From NCBI RefSeq assembly GCF_001194135.2, contig NC_068992.1, forward strand, positions 932,415 through 996,414: 64,000 bases of DNA. Direction: 5' to 3'. Every line of letters starts with the position of its first letter. Position 1 is the first letter of the stretch. A model generated the notes under the pieces. It was not told the origin of the DNA. It made no database searches and saw only the letters and a program-made list of their open reading frames with translations. Source of the stretch: Octopus bimaculoides (taxonomy: Eukaryota). The translations under genes and the position numbers were made by a program. Of the stretch, positions 43,166 to 55,466 are shown one piece after another.

Positions 43166-44279
43166 AAATAAAACCAAAGCCAAGGACTAATAGACAATTT
43201 ATAAAAAGGGGAAAATAATTTTGGAAGGAAAATAAGAATCCTAAATTTAAAAACCATTTAAACTTTCAAACTCGTTTGACGTCGGTTCAAATCTAATAAA
43301 AATCATTCATTGCAATTTCTGTTACTTTTAATAATATTCAGTAATAACATGCCATTGTACAGATATCAAGATGTTAAAGTGAAATTATGAAACGTCATGG
43401 GTCTAGATGAGGCTTCTTTGGTTTTAACATTGTGAAGGACACAGATCTGAATCATAAGTGTACTTTACTCAAATTGATGAGTTTAATGTCTTCAACAACA
43501 TCCATTGCAATATTTTTCTAACGACAATGGAAATACTATGTTCTGAGTCTTAAAAATTCATAAAATATATCTATTCTTTCATACCACATGATTTTTTATG
43601 GATTTATTTATTTTACCATTCACGGGGACTCAACAGCGTGATTCATTTATACCCTTAAATTTTGAATCACTTACGAATATTGAGTCTATGAGATCGGTTC
43701 AAAAGAAATTTGAATTAATCACTAGCATTTAGACGATGATAACGGGTTAATAATTTTGACTGATCATAAAATAATAATGATTTTGTTGGTTGGCTCATCT
43801 CCAAGAAAAACAAAATCCAGATCATGTAAAAGAATGATAAATGAACGTTTAAAGTAGAGATAAAGCTGCAGATGCATTTATCATCAGCACACTCGTTGAT
43901 TACATTTCGAACATTCGAATGATAACCTTAAAGATAGAAAACACCGAAACCATTCTTTGATTAACTTGCGAGTAGGATGTTTTCAAAATTGTATTCGTAT
44001 AACGAACAGCACCACCAGAAGTAAATATACTCGAGATGGCAAGACCAAAATGTTGTATATGAAGAGGCTCTGCAAAATTGATAAAAATCAACCATCAAGG
44101 AATTGTTTCATAATCGCAGATCGTCATTTCTTTCATCCTTGCAGCCATCCACCAATTCAACTTCGATATTACTTTACCGTTACAATCAATCGATTTTATG
44201 ATTAAACTGTTTTACTTAGCAGTATTTGTAAATGCATCCCACATCACCGTGTATTTGTAAATCTCTTTGTAATTTAAAC

Positions 44280-44381
44280 AGGAACTGAAAAGGGAACAGG
44301 ATAGGACATGAAACAGTGTAATGGGACCGGGAACTGGAAATAACCCCCGATTTTCCGGGTATTACTGGGTAATTCAACTAG
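44280..44381 (+). mobile_element. Probable Helitron 3' terminus (orphan)
   Basis: TTCCGGGTATTACTGGGT (degenerate hairpin), 7-nt spacer, CTAG|T: the canonical Helitron hairpin plus CTRR layout. Confidence 0.4.
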
Positions 44382-45660
44382 TATAATGTATATGGATGTC
44401 ACAAATTGATGATTTGAGTATTAATTTTATCATGTCCAAGTAAGCATTGGGTAAGCAACAAGATCCAGTTTATCATGGCGATATGTATGCAGCTGCCAAA
44501 TAACTACCAGAGTTTGCCATTTCATAATTAATTTCATATCTTATAATATACATATATCTGCAAGACAATTCGAGTTTAATTTCTCTACGATTTGGAGGGA
44601 GATGTATCCTGATGAAAACAAACTACCCAATTCCTGAAACTGAAACTCGTTATATAAATGGTGACAGTGCCAACACATAGACAAACAAAACCAACACTAA
44701 CCTATTCGCATTGTGAATAACGTCTTCAGTCTAGCTCAACTATCAAGGAATTCAGGTACAAGGGAAAAAGTTCTTTATCGATCACTTACATAACGAAAAC
44801 AAAATAGGTTTTCGTACCCTTAAATGGGAACGGATGGTAGGACAGGATTTCATGACAGTAGAAAAGTTAAAAAGTTTAGAATGACATGGTAAACAGCAAG
44901 TTAAATTCTTGAATATGGATATCGATTGAATAAAGACAAATACAATATTGGGGATAAAACAGATTGGCGTTGTTCAGTTTGAGACAGAATTGTTAGAGAA
45001 ACTTGACCATGTAGTATTACATATGTTGTGGAACCTTGCAATATACAGAAGAATAACGAGAATGGTTATCGGACGGTACGCAACAATTAGTTACTATGAA
45101 TCATTCGGTATGTATTGAAATAAGTGATCAGCAGATAGTTTAGATATACGAACAGAAGTTTAACTAATTCGAACTCGTAATAATTAGTAAATATCAGAAA
45201 GGATAATACATAGCATACTGAAGGAGAGAAAATATGGGAACTAAGATGTTTATAGCATTTTGATTATTTGTAGTGTAACTAGGAAACAGAGGAGAAGCAA
45301 TGAAAGAGAAGGAAAAATCAAACTAGTAACAAATGGGTGGTATTGTAACATTCGCATGACATTGACTCAATAAGAAATTAGAGAATAATTACAAGAAACA
45401 AATATATTCATTTATGACATAAGAGGATTTCAATTATCTAAATTGATGCACTTACTCTTAAAATGTATCATACATATAAACAGCAAAAAATAATTCAGTC
45501 TTAAGTTTAATCTCTCTTCAATTCTCGCTTTATACATACATACATACATACATACATACGTACATGCGTTCGTACATACATACACACATAGATGCATGCA
45601 TACATGCATACATGCATACATACAAACATACATGCGTACATATGTACATACATACGTACT

Positions 45661-45701
<41 letters not shown>

Positions 45702-45801
45702 TACTCCCTCTCTATACATATATGTATATGATATATGTTTCTATCTATCTATCTATCTATCTCTATATATGTCTATATATATGCACACTGAATATACGTT
45801 A

Positions 45802-48351
45802 TCTATATATATATATGTATAAATGAGAATGTATGTCTGAGTGCCTGTGTGTCTGTGTGTGTGTCTGTGTGTCTCTGTGTGTGTCTGTGTGTCTCTGTGT
45901 GTGTCTGTGTGAATCCCTAAAACTCCAGAACTACACTACCAATTTCATTCAAATTTTACACATGCCTTACTTAGGGTCCCGGTTGTGTTTTAGTAAAACA
46001 AAAATTAACTTCTTGAATAGTTCGAGCCCACAGCAACATAATATCTCCTCCACTATATAAGTATTACGTGTCAAAAGTGAAATAAAAACACTCATGTCAA
46101 ATACTTTCACTTTAAAAATGAAACTTTTCCACTATTTCAGTATCAAAACTGAAACAATCACATTTCGAGACTGTAATTTGGGGGCGGGGGATTAATTTAC
46201 ACTGCATACGAACGAAAAGAATGGTAATAATAAATCAAAATGTTGAATGACGTCTACTCGAACCCACACTCCAGTTAACGTCATTGAACGTTTTTAGAAA
46301 AAAAAAAAAATTGACACGTGTTATTTTTGTCTCTTTCTCCTTGCTGTGTGTTGCTAGTTCTGTATACTTTGTGGACGACTGACATGCGCGAAGTGTGAGT
46401 TGGCCAATGTCAATACAAAATTTTATTTTCATTTCCTTTAAAACAATGCATATTTACGGATAAATTACCACCGGATGATAATTATCGCAGAAGTTGCAAG
46501 GTAAGACATAAAATTCTTTGTCTCTCTGTAATAATTATTGTGGCACTTACCGTTAAATTAGCAGTTCCATACATGTGCTATTTCGTTCATTTGCTTATAT
46601 TTCATAAATTTACACAGCATACAAAAATACGGACATACTATATACGGTACGTTATTAAACACACACATACACACCTGACGACTTAATTTTTTTATTAACC
46701 ACAAAGGGTCGAAACACAGAGGGAACAACACAAAGGCAGAAAAAACGAAAAGAATGGTAATGATAAATCAAAAGGTGGAATGACGTCTACTCGAACCCCA
46801 CACTCCAGTTAACGTCATTGAACGTTTTTAGAAAAAAAAAATTGACACGTGTTATTTTTGTCTCTTTCTCCTTGTTATGTGTTGCTAGTTCTGTATACTT
46901 TGTGGACGACTGACCTGCGTGAAGTGTGAGTTGGCCAGTGTCAATACAAAATTTTGTATTCATTTCCTTTAAAACAATACATATTTACGGATTCATTACC
47001 GGATGATAATTATCGCAGAAGTTGCAAGGTAAGACATAAAATTCTTTGTCTCTCTGTAATAATTATTGTGGTATTTACCGTTAAATTAGCAGTTCCATAC
47101 ATGTGCTATTACGTTCATTTCTTTATATTTCATAAATTTACACAGCATACAAGAATACGGACATAATATATATTTACAATTGCTTAAAAAAATTAAGATT
47201 AATGTATATTGTTTCTATGTTCATAGTTTTTTGTTTACAATATTGAAAAAATATGCCACCAAAGAAAAGACGTAATCCCTCCAGAAACACGTATAAAGCG
47301 AGGACGATTACAGAAAACATTGAACGTTTTTAGAAATAAAATATAATTTGACATGTGTTATTTTATTTTTGTCTCTTTCTCCTTGTGGTAGATATTTTTT
47401 CTAATTGAATTTGCTTGAAAAAATATACTTTTCTTTATATTAAGCAATTCATTATAATTACTTTTACGATGTGCCTAAACAAAAACCATCGTTATAGATC
47501 AGCATTTCTCAATTCTTTTCGCGATTTGGCTTCCCTTGGACATTGAAAAAAAATTATTTCGGCTCCCCAGTGTTAATGAAAAATTTAATCCAGCTTCCCA
47601 TGTATCTGAGATAGACCAGCCGGCCCATGACAATTATGTCAAAAGGGGGGACCCGCAGAACTATATTTTCCCAATATCAGCTATGGCATACTGTAATACT
47701 TAATGCTGAATCATTAGAACAACGTTTAACACGCCAGATTAGACAGAGGCTTTCGGAAATAGATCACATGCAAATTCGCTCTTCGCAACACCAAGAGCTG
47801 CTTTCAGATATGATCCATCCTATTCCTATAAAAATGATAATTCTGTACAAAATGTTGTGCTAAACTCAAATTGTAGTTTCTGCAAAGTTTTCAAATTTCC
47901 AAATGAAACTAATGGCATGTGCTGCTCGGGCGGTAAGGTATGAGTGCAAGCACTACCAACAACTTACCGTCTCCCATTGCAACCCATTTCTAGAATGTAC
48001 CCATTTACCTAGAATATCTCCATTACACCTCCATTCATTCGACTGTCAACCATACGACGGGTCATGTTAGACGTAGCGCTGACCGCCTCAAAGGAGAGTA
48101 TTCCACTGAGCTTTTCGTAGGGTTAGAAAATTACATACCTTCACCCCCAATTTTCCATGATAGGTTAGCACTTAGAATCCTCCAATCTTCCGATGTATTA
48201 CATGTCGATTAGTCGAATTAGACCATTATTTACTCCACAAATGGTTTGTCGTCAATGCTGCACTTTCCTGATTCACATGTTTTAACATAACTGTAATATA
48301 TATATATATATAAATAAACTATACCATTTTAATCCCGGGTGTCTCTTCTAG
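45802..48351 (+). mobile_element. Candidate non-autonomous Helitron; 5' end well supported, 3' end tentative
   Basis: A|TCTATATAT...AAATGAGAATG followed by a (CTGTGT)n tract is a typical Helitron/HINE 5' end. Candidate 3' end CCCGGGT-GTCTCTT-CTAG|T at 48334-48352. Contains an internal tandem duplication. Confidence 0.45.
46211..47165 (+). repeat. ~425-bp tandem duplication (46211-46637; 46744-47165), plus a partial third copy ~47318-47387
   Basis: Direct comparison: AACGAAAAGAATGGTAAT...ATACGGACATA twice, period 533 bp, scattered substitutions; CATTGAACGTTTTTAGAAA...GTCTCTTTCTCCTTG recurs a third time. Confidence 0.95.
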
Positions 48352-49385
48352 TCTAGTATATTCCGCCATTCGTCTTTCAACAGAAGAAAGGAGAAATGAC
48401 GGACGAACGGACTGAGAGAGAGAGAAAGAGACAGAGAGACAGAGAGAGAGAGTGAGATGGGTGGGGGAGAAATAAGACGCGAACGGATAGAAATCAGGTA
48501 TGAATGCTGTTCGTGTAATGTTCAGAATGAAGAAATATTCGGGTGTGTAGACGCAAGTTTGGAAGTGTGTATGAATCTGGAAACAGGTAGAAAGCTTGGG
48601 AATGTTCTGTTGTGTGGGATGGTATACTATAAACACCTGTACGGAGGTGTGCAAATCTGGAAGTAGGGTAGCGTTGGTTCGTTGGTATAAGGTTGGTTGT
48701 GTTTGCCAGTCATGCTTAGGTGGGTGATGTAAAAATGTGTGAATAATTTGATGAGAGCGATTTCAGGTGCGATGAGTAATGATACTGGCGAAGCACAAGG
48801 GATGACAGGAATAATTTGGAAAGTGTTATTGATGTGTGCACTTCCGTATAGCAAAATACATAGGGATAGGAAAACATATTTTAGAAGACATCGAGATTTT
48901 AATCTCTAGCTTGAAAACAAACGTTAAGTATATGAAGTCTCTGAAGAGAGGAAAACGCAAATAAATTGGTAAACGTTACGCAACAATAGTGAAAGATGCG
49001 GAGGGTTCAGTAATGTCTAGTTAATGGTGTAATCGAAGAAAGGGAAAACATATATATGATAAGAAGAAACTTCTGTGATGTACAGGTGAGAAGTCAGGTG
49101 CGATACACATGATGCGTAAAGAACATGGAGGACGTAAGAAACTTTGGATAGTTTTGCATTCCAGTGGACAGGAATGGGTGAAATGTCACAGAAGTGATGT
49201 ACGGAGGGTAAAGCGTTTTTACAAGTCGCTGAATGTGTAGCGCTGAAGTTAGTAAGTTGTAATCTAAACATGTCAGCGAATATAAGATTACCGAAGTGTT
49301 AATGTGTGTGTGAGTGAGTCCAAGAGCACGTGCCTAGGTGTATTAATATAGGAGGGTATGAAAAGTAGGTGTGTGTGCTTGTGTT

Positions 49386-49537
49386 CCAACTCTTCCTTCC
49401 CACACAAATAAAAATACTCACACACATGCATTCCCATGCATATATTTTACACTCTTCAATTCTACATGCAGTGTAAAATATATGCATGGGAATACATGTG
49501 TGTGAGTATTTTTATTTGTGTGGGAAGGAAGAGTTGG
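49386..49537. repeat. 68-bp inverted repeat with 16-nt loop (67/68 complementary)
   Basis: Left arm 49386-49453 CCAACTCTTCC...ATTTTACACT; right arm 49470-49537 AGTGTAAAAT...GGAAGAGTTGG; single C/A mismatch. Confidence 0.97.
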
Positions 49538-50811
49538 TATGCGTATTTCCACGTGCCTTTGCGTGTGTATATATGTTTGTGTATCTGTGTGTGTGTGTGT
49601 GTGTGTGTGTTTGCGTGTGTGTTTCAACTTAGCAAAATAGAGGATGCCTAGACACGTATATGTGTGAGAGAGAGAGTTCGAAGACTAGATCTGTGTAGGT
49701 TTGTGCGTTTCGCATTAGAAATTGCAATATGAAATTTACCACGACGTAATTCCAGTAAATAGAAAAAAAAAACAAAATTGTATCTAAGCGTTAATATATC
49801 AGTGGGTGAAGGAAATGGATGGGTTACATACTACATATATTTCAAAAGACTCACTGAAAGCATATACTGTAAGTTTAAACAGATATGTTTCATTGTTGCT
49901 TCAAATCGGGTACTATTCTTAATGTAATTCAAAAGTCAAGCGACGAACTTAATAAAATTGTTATTATAACTAAACAAAAACGCAAACTTTAGCATGCACA
50001 CACATAGACACCCACCCCAACACACTTATACTTATATATACGTATATCTATCTATCTATCTATCTATCTACTTTAGCATCTGTTAAAGTCATGACTATAG
50101 TACATTTTAATCCTTTTTCAGAATAGTGAGCAAATTTCCATATCAGTACTTCATATATATGTTGGGTGAAGAATGGCACTCGCTTTATGCCGTTAGAGCC
50201 CAAATATATTTTAGGATAATTCTTCACAAGATGACGAAATGTCGAAGATTTCCAATTGACAGTTGATGAAGGAACCAGAGTTGTGTTTTGTCGTTTCCTC
50301 TTTCCTGTCAATACGCAAACAGAGACATCACACTAGCACGTATGACGCATACACATACACGCACGCACGCACACACACACACACACAATACAAACAATAC
50401 AAAAGCACACACACGTACAAACACACATATTCCAATTTGTTAGTTGCCTGAAGTTCAACGGCCTTTTATCGATTGGCAGTGCAGTCTTTAATATCACTAA
50501 TGCTACTTTAGACTATAAACTCGCACAATTGCGCACAAATACATAAAGACGAACACAGAAGCGTAGATAAACAAGTAGATGTATCTATAATGTTTTCATA
50601 TGTGTGCATGTTTGTTTAATACCAGTAACAGTACTGAGGATTTCAGTAGTATTTACTCTTATTATCAAGTAGCCGATTAAAAAGAAAGAGAAAAAAGAAA
50701 AAAAAACACTGTATTCAAAAAATAATTTGTAGGTTGATAAACTGACAAAAATTGATTTATGGTACAGTTATAATTACTAAAATGCTAACATTTCGATGTA
50801 TAAATAAAGAA

Positions 50812-50962
50812 ATGTGCTGGCCGAATCGTTAGCATATCGGCATTTCGATCGTCTTTACGTTCTGTGTTCAAATTCACCGTGGTTAATTGTGCGTCTTTTC
50901 GGGATCGACATACCTTCTCTCCTGAAATTGCTGGCCTTGTACCAAAATTTAAAACCAGTATT
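50812..50962 (+). mobile_element. SINE family A copy, internally deleted
   Basis: GCTGGCCGAATCGTTAGCA...GTTCAAATTC...AAATTGCTGGCCTTGTACCAAAATTTAAAACCA. Confidence 0.8.
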
Positions 50963-52164
50963 TCATGTTATAAATATGGCAGTTGAGCAAGTTGTTATGA
51001 AATGAGCAGAGAGCTGAATGAGTTGGCAGAGAGATACAAAAAGAAAAGAAAGACGGGGAAAGAAGTGGCAATGGATACGCATATGAATGGAAGTGATTTT
51101 ACATTGGAACAAAATTAAATGGAAGATTCTAGGTGAGGAATGAGTGGAAGAGAAAGAAAAAGTCAAAAGCATGGAAAAATTGCAATTTATTTTATCTGAT
51201 TCTACCATAAATATATATTTTTTTTAATTATAGTATTTTATTGTGTTTCCGTTTGTTGTATTTCTCAATATCCAAAAAAGGACATGCTATTCTCGACGGA
51301 AGATTGTCAACATTTACACAGTATTTTAATATTTTTCATGCTTGCATATATGATGTCGGAGCTTTTGGATTTGCGTTACTTCATTTTATTACTTTATTGT
51401 ATTACACTGTATTTATTTACAACAATGACATCGTTGTAACTGAAATTTTACTTCTAACTTCCAGTATTTGTCATATATGCTTCCCTTACTATCCTATTCT
51501 TTACTTTAACAACCCACCCTTTTTTTTCATTCTTCGTATTATTTTCAACATTGCACGTGTATTTTTTACCACTTTACATCTGTTATTCCCCTCTAGCAGC
51601 GCGTAGCATACAACGTTCCATTCATCTCTCTAGATTATATGATAATCTCTCTTTTGGAATATTCACTTTTTCCATTACGACTTCAGAATAAATACGTAGC
51701 ATCTCACAAACAATTCAGACTTATTTACACGTGCACTTCCTTTCTGATTCCACCTCTCTCTCTTTCTCTCTCTCTCTCTCTCCCTCTCTCCCCCTCTCTC
51801 TCTCTCTCTCTCTCTACATTAAGTGATTTCTAGACGGCATGTCTCCAGATATGCCTTTTTATTAGTTTCTAAAGTTTCCTGTCTCCTTATCAGTATATCT
51901 GACCTCGAGGTAAAAACAGTACCACGTACGATTCACAAAGATACAATGAATGACTTATTACTCACCATCACTCTCTCACACTTTTAATTTTATCTCAAAT
52001 ATTTCCCTTCCCTAAGTTCTGTATTGTTCCCTTTATATCCCTTCGTCTCCTCTTGTGTTACCCCAATCTATCTTGCTGTTTTTCTGTTCCTTTCTCCTTC
52101 ATTTTCATTGTTTGTGACTGTTGCGTCTGTCAACAAGTTAATATTTCGTTTCTACAAGACAGTA

Positions 52165-52325
52165 AAGTAGCTGAAACATTAGCGGCATTTCGTCTGTTTT
52201 CGTGTTCTGAGTTCAAATTCCAACGCGGCTGACTTTGCCTGTCATCCTTTCGGCATTTGATAAAGTAAGTTACAGTTGAACACTATTCCTGGTTCCACGA
52301 ATTTTCTAGCCTTGTGCCAAAATTG
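52165..52325 (+). mobile_element. SINE family A copy, deleted
   Basis: GTTCTGAGTTCAAATTCC...GACTTTGCCTGTCATCCTTTCGG...GCCTTGTGCCAAAATT. Confidence 0.8.
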
Positions 52326-52462
52326 TTCAGCCCTCATATACACTTAGACACAAGTACGTATGGATATACATACATATACACGCACATACAAACACGCAAC
52401 CACACGCGAGCGCGCACGCACACACACACACACACACACACACAAACGTATATTCTTAGTCT

Positions 52463-52710
52463 CACAGTGGGGATGTCAGAAGGGTTGTATGCAATCACTC
52501 GAGAATTTCTGCGATTCATCTCAGCGTCCACAGTGAACCTCTCGTGCACAAACACGGAAGGTTTTCCTGCAGCTTGATACAACAAAGCTTTGGCCTTGGC
52601 TGTTAGGAGGTGACGGCGTCGTCGAACATAGCTTGTCATACCAAAGTTACTTTTCTCCTTCAGAATTTTACGTGACGTTGATGTTCTCAAAAAGGTCATG
52701 AAGTGTATCT
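52463..52710 (-). mobile_element. Tc1/mariner transposase fragment, maT (DD37D)-like
   Basis: RKILKEKSNFGMTSYVRRRRHLLTAKAK...VFVHERFTVDAEMNRRNSRVIAYNPSDIPTV resembles L.SY.R...HLLT...FSDEK.FTVD...N.RN.R; the first catalytic D position reads H. Confidence 0.75.
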
Positions 52711-53830
52711 AAGTTACGTAGACCAATAGAGATTTATTCTGAAGTAATAACAGTTGCTTTTATTTAGTAATTAAACTGCTTGCTTTGTAAACTTGCAAAA
52801 AAGATATTAGGTTTCATATTATTTTCGACGTCAGATGTTGTTATCTCGTACTCCTTGTCTATTTATCGCAATCTCATTCATTTTCTTGGAGTAATTTTAC
52901 TTGTTTGCAAACTTTACGTATTCCATTGTCTAAATGTTCTTCGTTTGTATTCCTGAAGATATTATTTTTGTACAATCGACTCGGACATATTCAATGCATA
53001 TATCTTGGATTGCTGACGTAAACTGCGGGAATCGGGATGCCATTGTCTTTCAGGGAATTGTCTTTTATCTGTTGTAATATTCAGTTTGTTGATCTTGTTC
53101 ACTAAATGATCAGAAATGTATACGATTCCTTCTCCTTCCTTCCCCCCCTCTCTCACTCACTCTATATGTAAAATATTCATCTCTATTTATACACACATAC
53201 ATAATCCTGAATACATTTCTGAGAGCAAATGTATCTCATTAAGTTTGAATTGTGTATTATTAAACATAACTGCAGGCAAGACATTAATACGAACAATTCG
53301 TAAAGTATTTGTTTGCGCTAACAAAAATATTTATAACAGAAAATTTGAATCATTATATTTCATAACAAATATTTTCAAATTAAAAACCTTTTGTAAAACA
53401 ACTTAAACGTATGTTAAATCTTACAGTGTCTCACTAATAAAGTCTATTGACAAATATGAAAGGTCAGGAAATATGTAGAATTTTAACGCCTGTGTTTTTT
53501 TTTTTGTTTGAAATTGCAAGAAAGTTTTCTTACTGACAATAGTTTTATAAATAGCAAACCATATTGTACTGTATATTATCAGCGATATTTGGATCGAAAA
53601 CGTAGAAACCAATGCCTATATTTATTGATAATCAGAAATTAAATGCGTAAAGATTTATCCCATTTCCCCACCCCCACAAATATTTTTTAACGCTTCTAAC
53701 CTCGCCGTAATTTTTCCATGAGACATGCACTCTATAAATGCATGCTCAATAACAGTCACATGCATAGATTTCAGTTGGTGATTTACATGATATTTTGAAA
53801 GCTAATATTTATGTATTTATTTATATTTGT

Positions 53831-53871
<41 letters not shown>

Positions 53872-53873
<2 letters not shown>

Positions 53874-54835
53874 TTCAGCNNNNNNNNNNNNNNNNNNNNN
53901 NNNNNNNNNNNNNNNNNNNNNNNNNNNNNNNNNNNNNNNNNNNNNNNNNNNNNNNNNNNNNNNNNNNNNNNNNNNNNNNNNNNNNNNNNNNNNNNNNNNN
54001 NNNNNNNNNNNNNNNNNNNNNNNNNNNNNNNNNNNNNNNNNNNNNNNNNNNNNNNNNNNNNNNNNNNNNNNNNNNNNNNNNNNNNNNNNNNNNNNNNNNN
54101 NNNNNNNNNNNNNNNNNNNNNNNNNNNNNNNNNNNNNNNNNNNNNNNNNNNNNNNNNNNNNNNNNNNNNNNNNNNNNNNNNNNNNNNNNNNNNNNNNNNN
54201 NNNNNNNNNNNNNNNNNNNNNNNNNNNNNNNNNNNNNNNNNNNNNNNNNNNNNNNNNNNNNNNNNNNNNNNNNNNNNNNNNNNNNNNNNNNNNNNNNNNN
54301 NNNNNNNNNNNNNNNNNNNNNNNNNNNNNNNNNNNNNNNNNNNNNNNNNNNNNNNNNNNNNNNNNNNNNNNNNNNNNNNNNNNNNNNNNNNNNNNNNNNN
54401 NNNNNNNNNNNNNNNNNNNNNNNNNNNNNNNNNNNNNNNNNNNNNNNNNNNNNNNAGAGTCAACATGACTTTTTGATCCCTTGTACGGAATGTCCTCAGT
54501 ATCCACCCTGCCAGCTGTCTGCACTTTGCTGTCAACTTGACAATGTGCATGTGAAATGATGCATCACTACACATGTTGATGCCCAGATCTCTTACTGTTT
54601 GTGGTTCTGAGATTGCAGTACCGCCAGGCCCTGTGTATGCCAGTTGGGAGGTACTTGTGGTCTTGTAGCGCAGTAGTTGAAATTGTTTTGCATTGAACTG
54701 CATATTATTTTGCTCTGCCCACTCATATATTGCATTTAGGTCATTCTGCAGGCTTACAATATCATCAGGATTCTTTATTGCCTGAGATATCTTTGTGTCA
54801 TCAGAATAGCTAGTGACAGCATAGCTAGTGACATG
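53872..54835 (-). mobile_element. CR1/L2-like LINE, 5'-truncated (RT C-terminus; 3' part mostly hidden in the N-gap)
   Basis: VTSYSDDTKISQAIKNPDDIVSLQNDLNAIYEWAEQNNMQFNAKQFQLLRY...VRDLGINM...WILRTFRTRDQKVMLT (YADD variant; WA..N.MQFN..KF motif). GCTGAAAC on the far side of the gap matches the CTGAAAC 3'-tail motif at 59550. Confidence 0.88.
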
Positions 54836-54845
54836 TATATATAAT

Positions 54846-54896
<51 letters not shown>

Positions 54897-55259
54897 GTTT
54901 ATATATGTATATATATGTTTATGTTTATATATGTATATATATGTTTATATATATATATGTATATATATGTTTATATATATATATGTATATATATGTTTAT
55001 ATATATATATGTATATATATGTTTATATATATATGTTTATATATATATGTATATANNNNNNNNNNTATATGTATATATATGTTTATATATATATGTTTAT
55101 ATATATATGTATATATATGTTTGTATATATATGTATATATATGTTTGTATATATATGTATATATATGTTTGTATATATATGTATATATATGTTTATATAT
55201 GTTTGTATGTATATGTATATATATGTATATATATATATATATATATATANNNNNNNNNN

Positions 55260-55307
<48 letters not shown>

Positions 55308-55397
55308 CAGGTATGTATGCATGTATGTATATGTATATTGGTATATCTATCTATCAATCTCTATTTCTCTCTGTCTGTATATATATATATATATATA

Positions 55398-55465
<68 letters not shown>
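54836..55465. repeat. (TA)n-derived minisatellite with 24-bp higher-order unit
   Basis: ATATATATGTTTGTATATATATGT x3 at 55111-55182, with TTTA variants upstream. Confidence 0.9.

Positions 55466-55466
<1 letters not shown>

Noticed and set aside
51241-51606. 121-aa hydrophobic ORF
   Set aside because: Hydrophobicity reflects T-rich composition; TTG start, no splice or domain support.
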